A stretch of 64,000 nucleotides of DNA from Candidatus Jorgensenbacteria bacterium GW2011_GWA1_48_11 (GCA_001003475.1 LCPF01000001.1:234571-298570); one strand, 5' to 3'; shown: positions 29,839 through 39,856, numbered from the stretch's first letter. Notes: generated by a model not told the origin, from the letters alone. Numbers and translations are program-made.

Positions 29839-31146
29839 ATGAATAAAATAAAAGATTATCAAAAAGGAATTTTAACGATAGCGGCGGCGGCCCTTGCCTT
29901 GTTTGTTTTTCTCACCGCTTCTTTCGTGATTTTTTATCTTCATAACGTGGAAGCGCAGACGTTTACGCCGGCCGCCGGTCCGGGCTGGATCAGGTTCAGC
30001 TCGGATAGCTACGGCGGCGCGTCAGCCGATGCCGTGCCTTACGGCGTTTTCGTGACGAGCGATGGAACGGTGGTGGGCGAGGCTTGGTCTGACAATTACG
30101 GCTGGCTTTCTTTCAATCAGGCGGATTTAACGAATTGCCCGCTCACCCCATGCCGGGCGGTTTTCAGCGCTTCAACCGGCCAATTGAGCGGCTGGGCCAA
30201 ATTCTTGGGCGCGGACAGCTGGGTCAGTTTGCGGGGGACGATTAACGTCGTTTCCCTGCCGACGCCGGTTTCAAGGACCGCTCTTTTTCTGAGAAAAACA
30301 GTGCCATTGGCGGCTTCTCTTTTTGACATATTGAATGTTCGGGCCGAGACTAATTACGGCGTGAATTTCGATCCGAGCTCGGGTAAAATCACCGGCGTTG
30401 CCTGGAGCGATAACGCGGGTTGGATAGTTTTCGGCGATCCAGCCACACCCTCGGCGGTCAGTGCTTGCGCGGACTGCCTGGTTATGGCCGAGCTTTTGAA
30501 TCAGCCGCCGACAGTGGTGGCCGGAAGCGTCACGGTGGATGAGCCGCCCGATTCTTGGTGCGCCGCTTCGCCTTTTTACGAAACTTCCTGGCAATACAAC
30601 GATCCGGAGCCCAACCCCACTGCTCAAGCATCGGCCAGAATAGATTTCATAAAAGTGGGCGATACGACGCCGACCCATACCGCGAACACGACCAGCAGTG
30701 ATTGGAGTTACACTTTTTTTGGTCCTTTAAGTCGTCTTGCGGCCGACACCGAATATCGGGCCTGGGTGACGGTTTCGGACGGCGCCGTCGAAAGCTTGGC
30801 GCCGGCCTCCTCGTCGATATTCCGGACGCCGCAATATTATTACCCGCTGGTTGATTTCAATTGGTCGCCCAGCCCGTTCAGCGCTCCGGCCCAAGTCACT
30901 TTCAACGGTAATGCTACCGATCGTTCAGGAGGAGCCCAACCGATTTCTTGGCAATGGGAGTTCTCGAATGCCGCTCCGGCCCGGTCCAGCGTGGCGCAGC
31001 CAACGATGATTAGGATTCAGCAATTGCCCGCTTGGGCCACCTCGACAGTGATTCAGGACTCCCACCAGTGTATTCTTGGCCAATCCTTGGGTATCAGCGG
31101 TTCTATCGGGCCGGGCATTAAAAGGAGGATTTTTAAGGAGCTTTAA
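29839..31146 (+). CDS. Secreted protein with G.AWS...GWI.F repeats and PKD-like C-terminus
   Basis: N-terminal TM/signal; GEAWSDNYGWLSF and GVAWSDNAGWIVF; SWQWEF. Confidence 0.78.
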   Translation: MNKIKDYQKGILTIAAAALALFVFLTASFVIFYLHNVEAQTFTPAAGPGWIRFSSDSYGGASADAVPYGVFVTSDGTVVGEAWSDNYGWLSFNQADLTNCPLTPCRAVFSASTGQLSGWAKFLGADSWVSLRGTINVVSLPTPVSRTALFLRKTVPLAASLFDILNVRAETNYGVNFDPSSGKITGVAWSDNAGWIVFGDPATPSAVSACADCLVMAELLNQPPTVVAGSVTVDEPPDSWCAASPFYETSWQYNDPEPNPTAQASARIDFIKVGDTTPTHTANTTSSDWSYTFFGPLSRLAADTEYRAWVTVSDGAVESLAPASSSIFRTPQYYYPLVDFNWSPSPFSAPAQVTFNGNATDRSGGAQPISWQWEFSNAAPARSSVAQPTMIRIQQLPAWATSTVIQDSHQCILGQSLGISGSIGPGIKRRIFKEL

Positions 31147-31236
31147 ACTTCCCGATAAAATAGACTGTTCGATTCGTCGCCTCAATTCCTTGCATATGCA
31201 AGGAATTGAGGCTATCGATTTGCTTGGATTTCTGTT

Positions 31237-31986
31237 TCAAGCTTTCGTCAAGACAAAGCCGATTATTTTATGGGCGCCCGCTTCCTTCAGGAGACGGGCC
31301 GCTTCGTTCATGGTCGCGCCGGAAGTGAAAACATCGTCCACGAGAAAAACGTCTTTTCCTTTTAAAGATCCCGGATTTTTGAGGCCGAAAGAGCCGGCAA
31401 TGTTTTTTGTTCTCGCTTTATAATCTTTGCAGTCGGTTTGCGAAGCCGTCGGTTTTATTTTGACAAGGCAATCGTTCCCGATTGAAAGCGGTTGCGGCCG
31501 TTCGAATTTTCCAGCCAAAATTGTGGCAATAACTTCGGCAATTAGACGACCCTGGTTAAAGCCCCTTTGTCTTTCCTTGTTTTTATAAATCGGTATGGGA
31601 ACGAGGACCGTATTCTTTGGATCCATGTTGAATGTCGGCAATTTTTCCAGATATTCTTTTATCAATCCCGGCCAAGGCTTCAGGGAGGGAGTAAGACCGC
31701 CGTATTTAAGGGTTTGAATGAGTTCGCGGACGGGTTTTATTTCGTAGCTCGTGACGGCCGCCAAAATGAATTCCGCCCGGGAATGGCAGGTTTTCTCGGC
31801 TTGATAAAGGCGGCCGCCGCAGGCCGGACAGTAAAAACCGTTGTTTACCCGGATTTGGCGGCGGCACAGCCTGCAGATAAAGGTCGATTTTTCCTCGGTT
31901 GTCTCTAGGCGTTTTTTGCAGGCCAAGCATACCGGCGGAAACAAAATATTCAGAACATTTTGTCCAAACTGATCCAGCTTCATCAA
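31237..31986 (-). CDS. comF: ComF family protein (double zinc ribbon plus PRTase)
   Basis: LFP..C..C, RGFNQ, LVDDVFTSGAT. Confidence 0.92.
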   Translation of the reverse strand: MMKLDQFGQNVLNILFPPVCLACKKRLETTEEKSTFICRLCRRQIRVNNGFYCPACGGRLYQAEKTCHSRAEFILAAVTSYEIKPVRELIQTLKYGGLTPSLKPWPGLIKEYLEKLPTFNMDPKNTVLVPIPIYKNKERQRGFNQGRLIAEVIATILAGKFERPQPLSIGNDCLVKIKPTASQTDCKDYKARTKNIAGSFGLKNPGSLKGKDVFLVDDVFTSGATMNEAARLLKEAGAHKIIGFVLTKA

Positions 31987-32203
31987 TTTTATTATACAGT
32001 TGCTGCTTCGGCCATCGGAAGAGGATCGGCCTTACCGTCATGTTCCGGAAATTTTATGCGCCGCCAAAGCTGTGTTAAAATTAGATGACAATCAACATCA
32101 ATTCGTCAGCATCGGCACAAACCAGAATTAATGGTTTTTCTTGGAACGAATTTGTTGCGCCGATTGATGCGGATTACGGCCGATTTACGCAGATGAATAA
32201 AAT

Positions 32204-33301
32204 ATGAAATTAGGCTTTTTGGATTTTTTCGGCGATATCGCCAATTTTTTGAGAGGCGGTTCGGTCTTGGGCGTCGATATCGGCACGAGCTCCATTAAAA
32301 TTGCGGAAATCTTGAAAAAAGGCGACAGCTTTCGGCTCGCCAATTACGGCATTCTGGAAACGAAAAGTTATCTGGAGCATCCGAATCAGGCTATTCAAAC
32401 CAGTTCCTTGCGGATCGTTGAAAAAGATGCGGCCGAACTTTTAAAAACCATGCTTAGGGAGATTAAGCCGAAGACGCGGACCGCGATCGCCTCAATACCG
32501 GCTTTCGTTTCTTTTGTGACGCCGATCGAGATGCCCCTCATGAAGCCCGACGAGACCTCGAAGGCCGTGGCTTTCGAAGCCAGGCAGTTGATCCCGCTGC
32601 CGCCCTCCGAGGTAACCTTGGATTGGCTGAAGATCGAAGAGTTTCAGGGATCGCGCGGCCAGAGCATGCAGCGCATTCTCTTGATGGGGGTGCCGAACGA
32701 GATCGTGAGGAAATACAAAACTATTTTTAAGACCGCCGACGTGAAGATCGCGGCTTTTGAAATCGAAAGCCTGGCTTTGGTGCGCGCTCTCGCCGGCGCC
32801 GATAACGTCCTGACCCTGTCTGTTGATATCGGCGCCGAAGCGACGAACATACTGGTCAGCGAAAACGGCGTATTGAAATATAACGGCGTCACCGACTACG
32901 GCGGCATTTACATCACCCAGGCCGTTGGCCGCAGTTTGGGCGTGAGTTCGATGCGGGCCGAGGAATTGAAACGCCGGCGGGGACTGACCGGCACCGGCGG
33001 TGAAATGGAGTTATCAACATTAATCGTGCCGTTTTTAGATGTTATAATACAGGAGTGCAGACACGTGGTTGATGTTTGCGAGCGGCGCTATGGCAAGCGA
33101 GCGGAAAAATTGATTTTGACCGGCGGGGGAGCGAATCTGCTGGGCATTGAAAAGTATTTCGTAAGCCAGTTGAATTTGCCGTTAGGTCAAGCTCCGCAGT
33201 TAAGCAACCTCGTTTACGAACCGGATCTGGAGCCAGCGCGGAAGGGGTTGGATAACGCTCTTTTGGTCGCCATCGGTTTAGCGAAAAGATATTTCAAATA
33301 A
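32204..33301 (+). CDS. pilM: Type IV pilus assembly protein PilM
   Basis: LGVDIGTSSIK, VDIGA, LTGGGA actin-like fold; first gene of the pil cluster. Confidence 0.9.
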   Translation: MKLGFLDFFGDIANFLRGGSVLGVDIGTSSIKIAEILKKGDSFRLANYGILETKSYLEHPNQAIQTSSLRIVEKDAAELLKTMLREIKPKTRTAIASIPAFVSFVTPIEMPLMKPDETSKAVAFEARQLIPLPPSEVTLDWLKIEEFQGSRGQSMQRILLMGVPNEIVRKYKTIFKTADVKIAAFEIESLALVRALAGADNVLTLSVDIGAEATNILVSENGVLKYNGVTDYGGIYITQAVGRSLGVSSMRAEELKRRRGLTGTGGEMELSTLIVPFLDVIIQECRHVVDVCERRYGKRAEKLILTGGGANLLGIEKYFVSQLNLPLGQAPQLSNLVYEPDLEPARKGLDNALLVAIGLAKRYFK

Positions 33302-33310
33302 TAAAATAAA

Positions 33311-33874
33311 ATGCCCGAGCCAACCACTCAAGCCAAATTGGAAGAACAGTTCACGACCGCGGCCATTCCGGTCGGTTTGCCGTGGCGGCTTTTGGTCTTC
33401 ACGATCATTATTTTCGCCTTCAGCATCGTGATTTATTTCGGTCTGCGCTTCGGTTACGAGAATTATTTGACTCAGCAGGGCGACAATCTGGATAAGCAGA
33501 TTGATCAGCTGACGAGCCAGGTCAATCAGACCGATCAGCAGAACTTCATTAATTTTTATTCCCAGCTTATCAATTTGAGAACGGTCCTGGGCAACCACGG
33601 TTTTTCCTCGAATGTTTTCGGTTTTCTCGAGAAAAACACGATCGGCTCCATTTATTACACCGAAGCCGATTTTTCCCGGGAAGGCAACGACTTGAATCTG
33701 GCCGGCGAAGCCGCTTCGGTTGACGCCCTGGTCCAGCAAATGAATATTTTCGACAAATCGCCGGCTTTGGCAAGCGTGAATTTGAATCAGCTCAATTTTG
33801 AATCCCGGGGTACCGTCGGCTTCAGCGTTCACTTGGTCTTTAATGAGGATTTCACGAGCAAACCGGCGCAATAA
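33311..33874 (+). CDS. PilN-like protein
   Basis: TM, coiled coil, L.L.G.A motif; follows pilM. Confidence 0.75.
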   Translation: MPEPTTQAKLEEQFTTAAIPVGLPWRLLVFTIIIFAFSIVIYFGLRFGYENYLTQQGDNLDKQIDQLTSQVNQTDQQNFINFYSQLINLRTVLGNHGFSSNVFGFLEKNTIGSIYYTEADFSREGNDLNLAGEAASVDALVQQMNIFDKSPALASVNLNQLNFESRGTVGFSVHLVFNEDFTSKPAQ

Positions 33875-33875
33875 C

Positions 33876-34013
33876 CCCTCACCTTTCAAAGATAAGAAGC
33901 TTAATCCGATCAATCTAACTATGTATAAAATGAAAACAACAAATTTTGCAAAAAAAGGGACGTTAATTTTTGAAGACCGCTTCCAAATAAGCGCAATCTT
34001 TGAAGGGTGAGGG
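33876..34013. repeat. CCC...GGG inverted-repeat element at the pilN/pilO junction
   Basis: CCCTCACCTTTCAAAGAT ... ATCTTTGAAGGGTGAGGG. Confidence 0.9.
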
Positions 34014-34580
34014 ATGAAGACTTCCACTAAAAGAATTTTGAGTATCGGCCTCGCGGGCCTGCTTTTGGTCGGCACGCTCGTGGTTTACGTAAGCTTCATT
34101 AAGCCGGAAATAGACGTTATCGCCCAGGAGCGGTCCTTGGCCGTTTCCAAGGCCAATTTGTTCAGCGATCAGAAAGCGGCCGTTCAGGGCGTCCAGAAAT
34201 TGATCGCTCAATTCCAGAGCATTACGTCCATTCAGCAGGACGTTAATCTGGAAATGCCGATCGGAGCCAATACGACCCAGGCCTTAAACCAAATCCAATC
34301 CGTTACTCGTTTGAACCAGGTGAATCTCAATTCCCTTTCGATCAAAGCCGAATCTTTTTTGCCCAGCCGTCAGCCTTTGGCCAAGCGACTGGGGACGCTG
34401 ACCGTGAACATGGCCGTGACCGGCGCCTATGACAATATCAAGGGATTTTTGCGGGCTTTGGAGACCAACGTCCGGGTAGCAAACACGAAAACTTTTACCA
34501 TCAGTCCGGTTAGTGGCCTGAACCAGAATAATTATTCCCTGACGCTTTCGGTCGAAATTTATTACCAGGAAGGTTCATAA
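34014..34580 (+). CDS. PilO-like protein
   Basis: TM, coiled coil, G.Y..IK.FL..LE..R motif. Confidence 0.8.
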   Translation: MKTSTKRILSIGLAGLLLVGTLVVYVSFIKPEIDVIAQERSLAVSKANLFSDQKAAVQGVQKLIAQFQSITSIQQDVNLEMPIGANTTQALNQIQSVTRLNQVNLNSLSIKAESFLPSRQPLAKRLGTLTVNMAVTGAYDNIKGFLRALETNVRVANTKTFTISPVSGLNQNNYSLTLSVEIYYQEGS

Positions 34581-34584
34581 AATC

Positions 34585-34875
34585 ATGGCTATTGAATTTG
34601 AAGAAGAGAAAAAACCGGTCAATTGGGTCGCGATTCTTACGGTCATCGTGATCGTGGCGGTGCTGTTTTTCGGCAGCTATTATTTGTTTTTCAAGCAGCC
34701 GCAACTCATCGAGGTGGTGGCGCCGAAGTCGCTCCAAACGATCGGCAGCCTTTCCAAGCTTTCTTTTGATCCGTCGACGGTGGTGAACGACCCGACGCGC
34801 AAACTGCTCCGTCAATACGGCACGAACGTTCAGCCGGTCACGCCCGGCCGCAGCAATCCCTTCCAGCCGTTTTAA
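34585..34875 (+). CDS. Small membrane protein in the PilP position
   Basis: Single TM, C-terminal GRSNPF. Confidence 0.7.
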   Translation: MAIEFEEEKKPVNWVAILTVIVIVAVLFFGSYYLFFKQPQLIEVVAPKSLQTIGSLSKLSFDPSTVVNDPTRKLLRQYGTNVQPVTPGRSNPFQPF

Positions 34876-34942
34876 ATATTCATCCCGATCCGCCTAAGTT
34901 TTGCGAAGCAAAATTTTGGCGGGGAGGTTAAGCAGATTTAAC

Positions 34943-35052
34943 CCCGCACCTTTATGGCAGAGACTAAAACCATGTATCAAAGTAGAGCCGCAGGCGAACC
35001 GCTTCGCTCTTATTTTAATTTGCAATTCAAATCTTTGCAGCAAAGGTGCGGG
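34943..35052. repeat. CCC...GGG inverted-repeat element upstream of pilB
   Basis: CCCGCACCTTT ... AAAGGTGCGGG with AC/GT flanks; second hairpin at about 35060-35110. Confidence 0.75.
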
Positions 35053-35113
35053 GTGCTTAATGTTGTAGCTAAATTTACTACGCATTGAGCTTGTAAATTT
35101 AGACAACATTGGC

Positions 35114-36844
35114 ATGACCGACCAAGAATTATTCAAGGAATTAACCAAACGGCAAATTTTAACGGCCGCTACCGCCAATAAAATTCTGAAAGAGGCCGAC
35201 CTTTCCGGTTCTTCGGCTGAGAACATGCTTTACGAGCAGCGTCTGGTCGACGACGTGGCGGTTGCCAAAGTGAAGAGCGAGCTTATCGGCGCGCCTTACA
35301 AGAAAATCGAGCCGTCTTCCATTTCCGACGATCTTTTAAAAGTTATTCCTCGGGAGGTTTCCCAAAATTACAAAGTGGTTCCGATCGAACGAAGCCGGGA
35401 TTTGCTCGTGGTGGGAATGCTGCGTCCGGACGATCAACGAGCGCAGGAGACGCTGAAATTCATTGCCAAGCAATTACGGGTTTCTTTGGGCGTTTACATC
35501 GTGACGCCGTCGGATTTAGCCGCCGTTTGGCGCCGATACGCCCCTTATTCGAGCGAAATTGAAGCGGCCGTGAAGGAAATGGGGGCGGTCGTGAACCGCG
35601 AAGAAGGCATTGTTTCCCTCGAAGAGGGCGCGGCGAGCGCCGAAGACGCGCCGATCATAAAAATCGTGGCTACGACCCTGCGGCAGGCTGTTGAGATTTT
35701 AGCTTCCGATATTCACATCGAGCCGCAAAGAAAAAGATTACGCATTCGTTTCCGGGTTGACGGCAAACTCGAGGAAGCGGTTTCGCTTCCGACGGCTTTG
35801 AGTCAGCCGGTCCTTTCGCGGGTCAAGGTTTTGGCGAAATTGCGCCTTGATGAGACGAGGATTCCCCAGGACGGCCGTTTTCGAACGATCATTGCCGGCC
35901 GGGACATCGATTATCGGGTTTCCACCTTCCCGACGCCTAACGGCGAAAAAGTTGCCATTCGGGTTTTGGATCCCACAACCGGCCTTAAGGGTTTGAAGGA
36001 AATCGGTTTAAGCGATTACAATTTCCGGATTTTGAACGAAGCCGTCGAGGCGCCTTACGGCATGGTTTTGATCACCGGCCCGACCGGTTCCGGTAAAAGT
36101 ACGACCCTTTATGCCATCATGCAGAAAATAAATTTGCCGGACGAGAATATCGTAAGTTTGGAAGATCCGGTCGAGTATTTCATGGAGGGCATCAATCAGT
36201 CCCAAGTGCGGCCGGAGATCGGTTACGATTTCGCCTCCGGTTTGCGGGAGATTTTGCGGCAGGACCCGGACGTGATCATGGTGGGCGAGATCCGCGACGC
36301 CGAGACCGCCGGTTTGGCCGTAAACGCGGCCTTGACCGGCCACATGATGCTCTCGACGCTCCATACCAATAATGCCCTGGGGGTCGTGCCCCGCTTAATC
36401 GATTTGGGCGTGCCCGGTTTCCTTTTGACCTCTTCCCTGAATCTGATGCTGGCTCAAAGATTGGTGGCCCGGCTGTGTCCCAACTGCAAAAAACCGGCGG
36501 TTGCTTCAGCCGAAGCCCAGAAGGTGATCGGCGAGACGCTCGAGAATCTGCCGGTCGAACTCAAGAAGGAAATCAAAGTCAAGCCGCCTTACCAGATTTA
36601 CCACGCCGAACCAGACCCGAATTGCAAGATTTGCAAAGGCAAAGGCGTGGTCGGCCGAATCGCGCTTTTCGAAATATTCAAAATGACCAAGGAATTGGGC
36701 GAGATCATCTCCTCCGGCTTTACGGAAAGCAAATTGGCGGTCGAAGCCCGACGCCAGGGCATGGTCACTTTGCGGGAAGACGGCATTTTGAAGGTGCTCG
36801 AAGGCACGGTATTATTAGAAGAGGTGATTAAAGAAACGGAATAA
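35114..36844 (+). CDS. pilB: Type IV pilus assembly ATPase (GspE/PilB)
   Basis: ASDIHIEP, PQDGR, GPTGSGKST, EDPVE, LRQDPD, tetra-Cys. Confidence 0.94.
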   Translation: MTDQELFKELTKRQILTAATANKILKEADLSGSSAENMLYEQRLVDDVAVAKVKSELIGAPYKKIEPSSISDDLLKVIPREVSQNYKVVPIERSRDLLVVGMLRPDDQRAQETLKFIAKQLRVSLGVYIVTPSDLAAVWRRYAPYSSEIEAAVKEMGAVVNREEGIVSLEEGAASAEDAPIIKIVATTLRQAVEILASDIHIEPQRKRLRIRFRVDGKLEEAVSLPTALSQPVLSRVKVLAKLRLDETRIPQDGRFRTIIAGRDIDYRVSTFPTPNGEKVAIRVLDPTTGLKGLKEIGLSDYNFRILNEAVEAPYGMVLITGPTGSGKSTTLYAIMQKINLPDENIVSLEDPVEYFMEGINQSQVRPEIGYDFASGLREILRQDPDVIMVGEIRDAETAGLAVNAALTGHMMLSTLHTNNALGVVPRLIDLGVPGFLLTSSLNLMLAQRLVARLCPNCKKPAVASAEAQKVIGETLENLPVELKKEIKVKPPYQIYHAEPDPNCKICKGKGVVGRIALFEIFKMTKELGEIISSGFTESKLAVEARRQGMVTLREDGILKVLEGTVLLEEVIKETE

Positions 36845-36845
36845 T

Positions 36846-36948
36846 CCCTTACCCTTCAAAAATTATGAAATTTATTTTAAGAGCAAAATTAGGCATTCAG
36901 GAAAAAGCTTCTTTGTCGGGAAGCGAATTTATATTTAAAGGGTGAGAG
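36846..36948. repeat. Inverted-repeat element at the pilB/pilT junction
   Basis: CCCTTACCCTTCAAA ... TTTAAAGGGTGAGAG. Confidence 0.8.
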
Positions 36949-38022
36949 ATGACGGACTACAAGGCTAAGTTGGACGAGCTCTTGATGACGACGGCGAAAC
37001 AGAACGCTTCGGATTTGCATTTGGCGGTCGGCCGCCGGCCGACGATCAGGGTGGACAGCGTTCTTATCCCCATTGCCAAGGAAGCGATCTTGACCAAGGA
37101 AGACGCCGAGGGTCTCGCGATGGCGCTTTTGAACGATGCCCAGAAGAAAGAATTTTTGGAAAAACGGGAGCTCGACCTTTCCTATAATTTTGAAGATAAG
37201 GCCCGGTTCCGGGTGAATGTTTATTTCCAGCGCGGATTTATGGCTGCCGCCCTGCGTTTGATTCCGGCCCAGATCAAGACAATTGAGGAGTTGAATCTGC
37301 CGCCGCTTTTGCATGATTTCACCAGGTTGAAGCAGGGATTCATTTTAATGACCGGCCCGGCCGGCCACGGCAAGTCCACCACTCTGGCGGCTCTCTTGGA
37401 TGAGATCAATCACAAGCGGACTGACCACATCATTACGATTGAAGACCCGATTGAATATTTGTTTTCCCAGGATCGTTGCATCATTTCCCAACGGGAAGTG
37501 GGGTTGGACACTTTTTCTTTTCAAGACGGCCTTCGTTCGATTTTGCGGCAGGATCCGGACGTGATCATGTTGGGCGAAATCCGCGACCCGGAGACGATGG
37601 CGACAGCGATGACGGCTGCCGAAACCGGCCATTTGGTTTTTTCGACCATGCATACCAATTCCGCTTCCCAGACCATTGATCGAATGATCGACAGCTTCCC
37701 GCCGAACCAGCAGGGTCAGATCATTTCCCAACTCGCTTCGACTCTGATCGCCGTGGTTTCGGAACGTTTGGTGCCGCGTTTGGGCGGCGGCCGAGTGCCA
37801 GCGGCCGAAATCATGATCGCGAACGCCGCCATCCGCAATTTGATCCGCGAAAAGAAGATTTACCAGATCGATTTGGTGATCGAAACCTCGATTCAGGAAG
37901 GAATGATGTCTTTAAATCGTTCACTCGTGAGCCTCGTCAGGAAAAAAGAGATTTCTTTGGAACAAGCCGAAGGTTATTCCTTGAACCCGGCCGAACTCAG
38001 GATATTATTAGAAAGAGCCTAA
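36949..38022 (+). CDS. pilT: Type IV pilus retraction ATPase
   Basis: ASDLHL, GPAGHGKST, AETGHLV, AIRNLIRE. Confidence 0.95.
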   Translation: MTDYKAKLDELLMTTAKQNASDLHLAVGRRPTIRVDSVLIPIAKEAILTKEDAEGLAMALLNDAQKKEFLEKRELDLSYNFEDKARFRVNVYFQRGFMAAALRLIPAQIKTIEELNLPPLLHDFTRLKQGFILMTGPAGHGKSTTLAALLDEINHKRTDHIITIEDPIEYLFSQDRCIISQREVGLDTFSFQDGLRSILRQDPDVIMLGEIRDPETMATAMTAAETGHLVFSTMHTNSASQTIDRMIDSFPPNQQGQIISQLASTLIAVVSERLVPRLGGGRVPAAEIMIANAAIRNLIREKKIYQIDLVIETSIQEGMMSLNRSLVSLVRKKEISLEQAEGYSLNPAELRILLERA

Positions 38023-38023
38023 T

Positions 38024-38159
38024 CCCTCACCCTTCAAAGATATGAAGCTTAATCCAATCAATAAAATAATGTTTATGAATAAAACAGGCCGATTTCATAA
38101 AGGGTCGTTAATCATCAAAGACCGCTTCGAGAAGAAGCGTAATCTTTGAAGGATGAGGG
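38024..38159. repeat. CCC...GGG inverted-repeat element at the pilT/pilC junction
   Basis: CCCTCACCCTTCAAAGAT ... ATCTTTGAAGGATGAGGG; interior similar to the 33876 element. Confidence 0.9.
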
Positions 38160-39365
38160 ATGAAATTCGGTTATAAAGCGAGGACGAAAGAAGGGGAATT
38201 GCAGGTGGGGAACGTCGACGCCTCGAATCGCGACAGTGCCCTCTCGATCCTTTTGAGTCACGGGCTTTACGTCCTTACGATCGAGCCGGTCATTGAGGAA
38301 AGATGGTACGACCGGATATTGAGTTTTTTCAAGAAGGTCAAAGCCGACGACATCATGATCTTTACGCGGCAGTTTGCGACGCTTTTGGCCTCGCAGGTGC
38401 CCTTATCCGACAGCTTGGCCAATCTTTACAAACAAGTTACCAATCCGACCCTGAAGGAGGCGGTTGCGGAGATCGCCTCGGACATTGATGCCGGCTTTTC
38501 CCTGTCTCAAGCCCTGGAGCGGCATACCGCCATTTTTTCCGCTTTTTACATCAACATGGTGAAATCGGCCGAAGTCACCGGCCGATTGGCCGAAGTGCTG
38601 GACTTCTTGGCCGACTATCTGGAGAAGCAGGCGACTTTGGTCGCGAAAGTGAAGAACGCCCTCATTTACCCGGTGATCGTGATCGCGCTTTTCCTCGTTG
38701 TCGTCGTCATTATGGTGACCGTGGTTTTGCCGCAAATCACGCCGGTCTTCAAGGAAACCAACGTTAAATTGCCGTTCTTTACCGAGGTTTTGCTTACGGT
38801 CGGCACTTTTGTCGCCGATTGGTGGTGGGCACTCGGCATAATTTTGATAATTCTTTTTTTGATGGTCGTTGATTATTTCCAATCGAAGGAAGGGAAAGTG
38901 GTTTTCGACGAGCTCTCCTTGCGACTGCCCGTCGTGGGGCCGATGTTCCAGAAACTTTTCATCGCCCGTTTCGCCGAGTCGAGCCGGGTCCTGATCAAAG
39001 GCGGGCTCACCATTCCCCAAGCGATCGAAATTTCCTCGCGTACCATCAGCAACGCGGTCTATCAGGATTTGCTCCACGAAGCGGCGATCCAGATCAGGAA
39101 GGGCCAGCTTTTATCGAAGACCTTGGCGCAAATGCCCGAGTTTCCGCCCCTGGTTTCCCAGCTCGTTTCGGTCGGCGAGTCCACTGGCCGACTGGAACAG
39201 CTTTTGGAGAAAATAAACGATTTTTACACGCGTCAAGTGGAAGACGTGGTCAATAACCTGGTAAGTTTGATCCAGCCGATCTTAATGGTGGTGATCGGCG
39301 TGATGATCGCTATTTTATTCGCTTCCATTCTTTTGCCGCTTTACGATTTGGCGCGGACCTTCTGA
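38160..39365 (+). CDS. pilC: Type IV pilus platform protein (GspF/PilC)
   Basis: FTRQFATL, E.TG.L, ALIYP, GESTG, P.Y. Confidence 0.94.
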   Translation: MKFGYKARTKEGELQVGNVDASNRDSALSILLSHGLYVLTIEPVIEERWYDRILSFFKKVKADDIMIFTRQFATLLASQVPLSDSLANLYKQVTNPTLKEAVAEIASDIDAGFSLSQALERHTAIFSAFYINMVKSAEVTGRLAEVLDFLADYLEKQATLVAKVKNALIYPVIVIALFLVVVVIMVTVVLPQITPVFKETNVKLPFFTEVLLTVGTFVADWWWALGIILIILFLMVVDYFQSKEGKVVFDELSLRLPVVGPMFQKLFIARFAESSRVLIKGGLTIPQAIEISSRTISNAVYQDLLHEAAIQIRKGQLLSKTLAQMPEFPPLVSQLVSVGESTGRLEQLLEKINDFYTRQVEDVVNNLVSLIQPILMVVIGVMIAILFASILLPLYDLARTF

Positions 39366-39433
39366 ACTTTTTTCGATATGTTATAATTAGAACAATCTTT
39401 CAAGGTCGACAGTTTAATCAAAAATAAACAAAA

Positions 39434-39829
39434 ATGAGAAATAACAGAAAAGGCTTCACCTTAATCGAGATGTTGGTCGTAATTGCGGTCATCGGCATTT
39501 TGTCGGCGGCGGTCCTCACGGCTTTGGGTCCGTCAAGGGCGAAAGCTAAGGACACGAGGATAATTTCCGGCTTAAACCAGGTGCGGGCTTTGGCAGAAAC
39601 GCTTTATGACGGCGATTACGATGCCGTTGTGGTGACCCAGACCGACATTGCCAAGGTGGCAACCGATATCACCAATAATCAGGGTACGCTCACGATCAAT
39701 GTCGCGACAGACAAATTGAGCTATGCTGCTTATTCCAATCTGGTGAGTGGTGGGTTTTACTGCGTGGATAGCGCCGGCACTGCCAAGACTGAAGCAGCGA
39801 CTCCGGGAATCGGAGCGGTCTGCCCGTAA
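39434..39829 (+). CDS. Type IV pilin (likely major pilin)
   Basis: KG|FTLIEML prepilin site; C-terminal YCVDS...C. Confidence 0.9.
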   Translation: MRNNRKGFTLIEMLVVIAVIGILSAAVLTALGPSRAKAKDTRIISGLNQVRALAETLYDGDYDAVVVTQTDIAKVATDITNNQGTLTINVATDKLSYAAYSNLVSGGFYCVDSAGTAKTEAATPGIGAVCP

Positions 39830-39856
39830 TTCAGGGGTTGTTAAGCGAAAAAGTTT

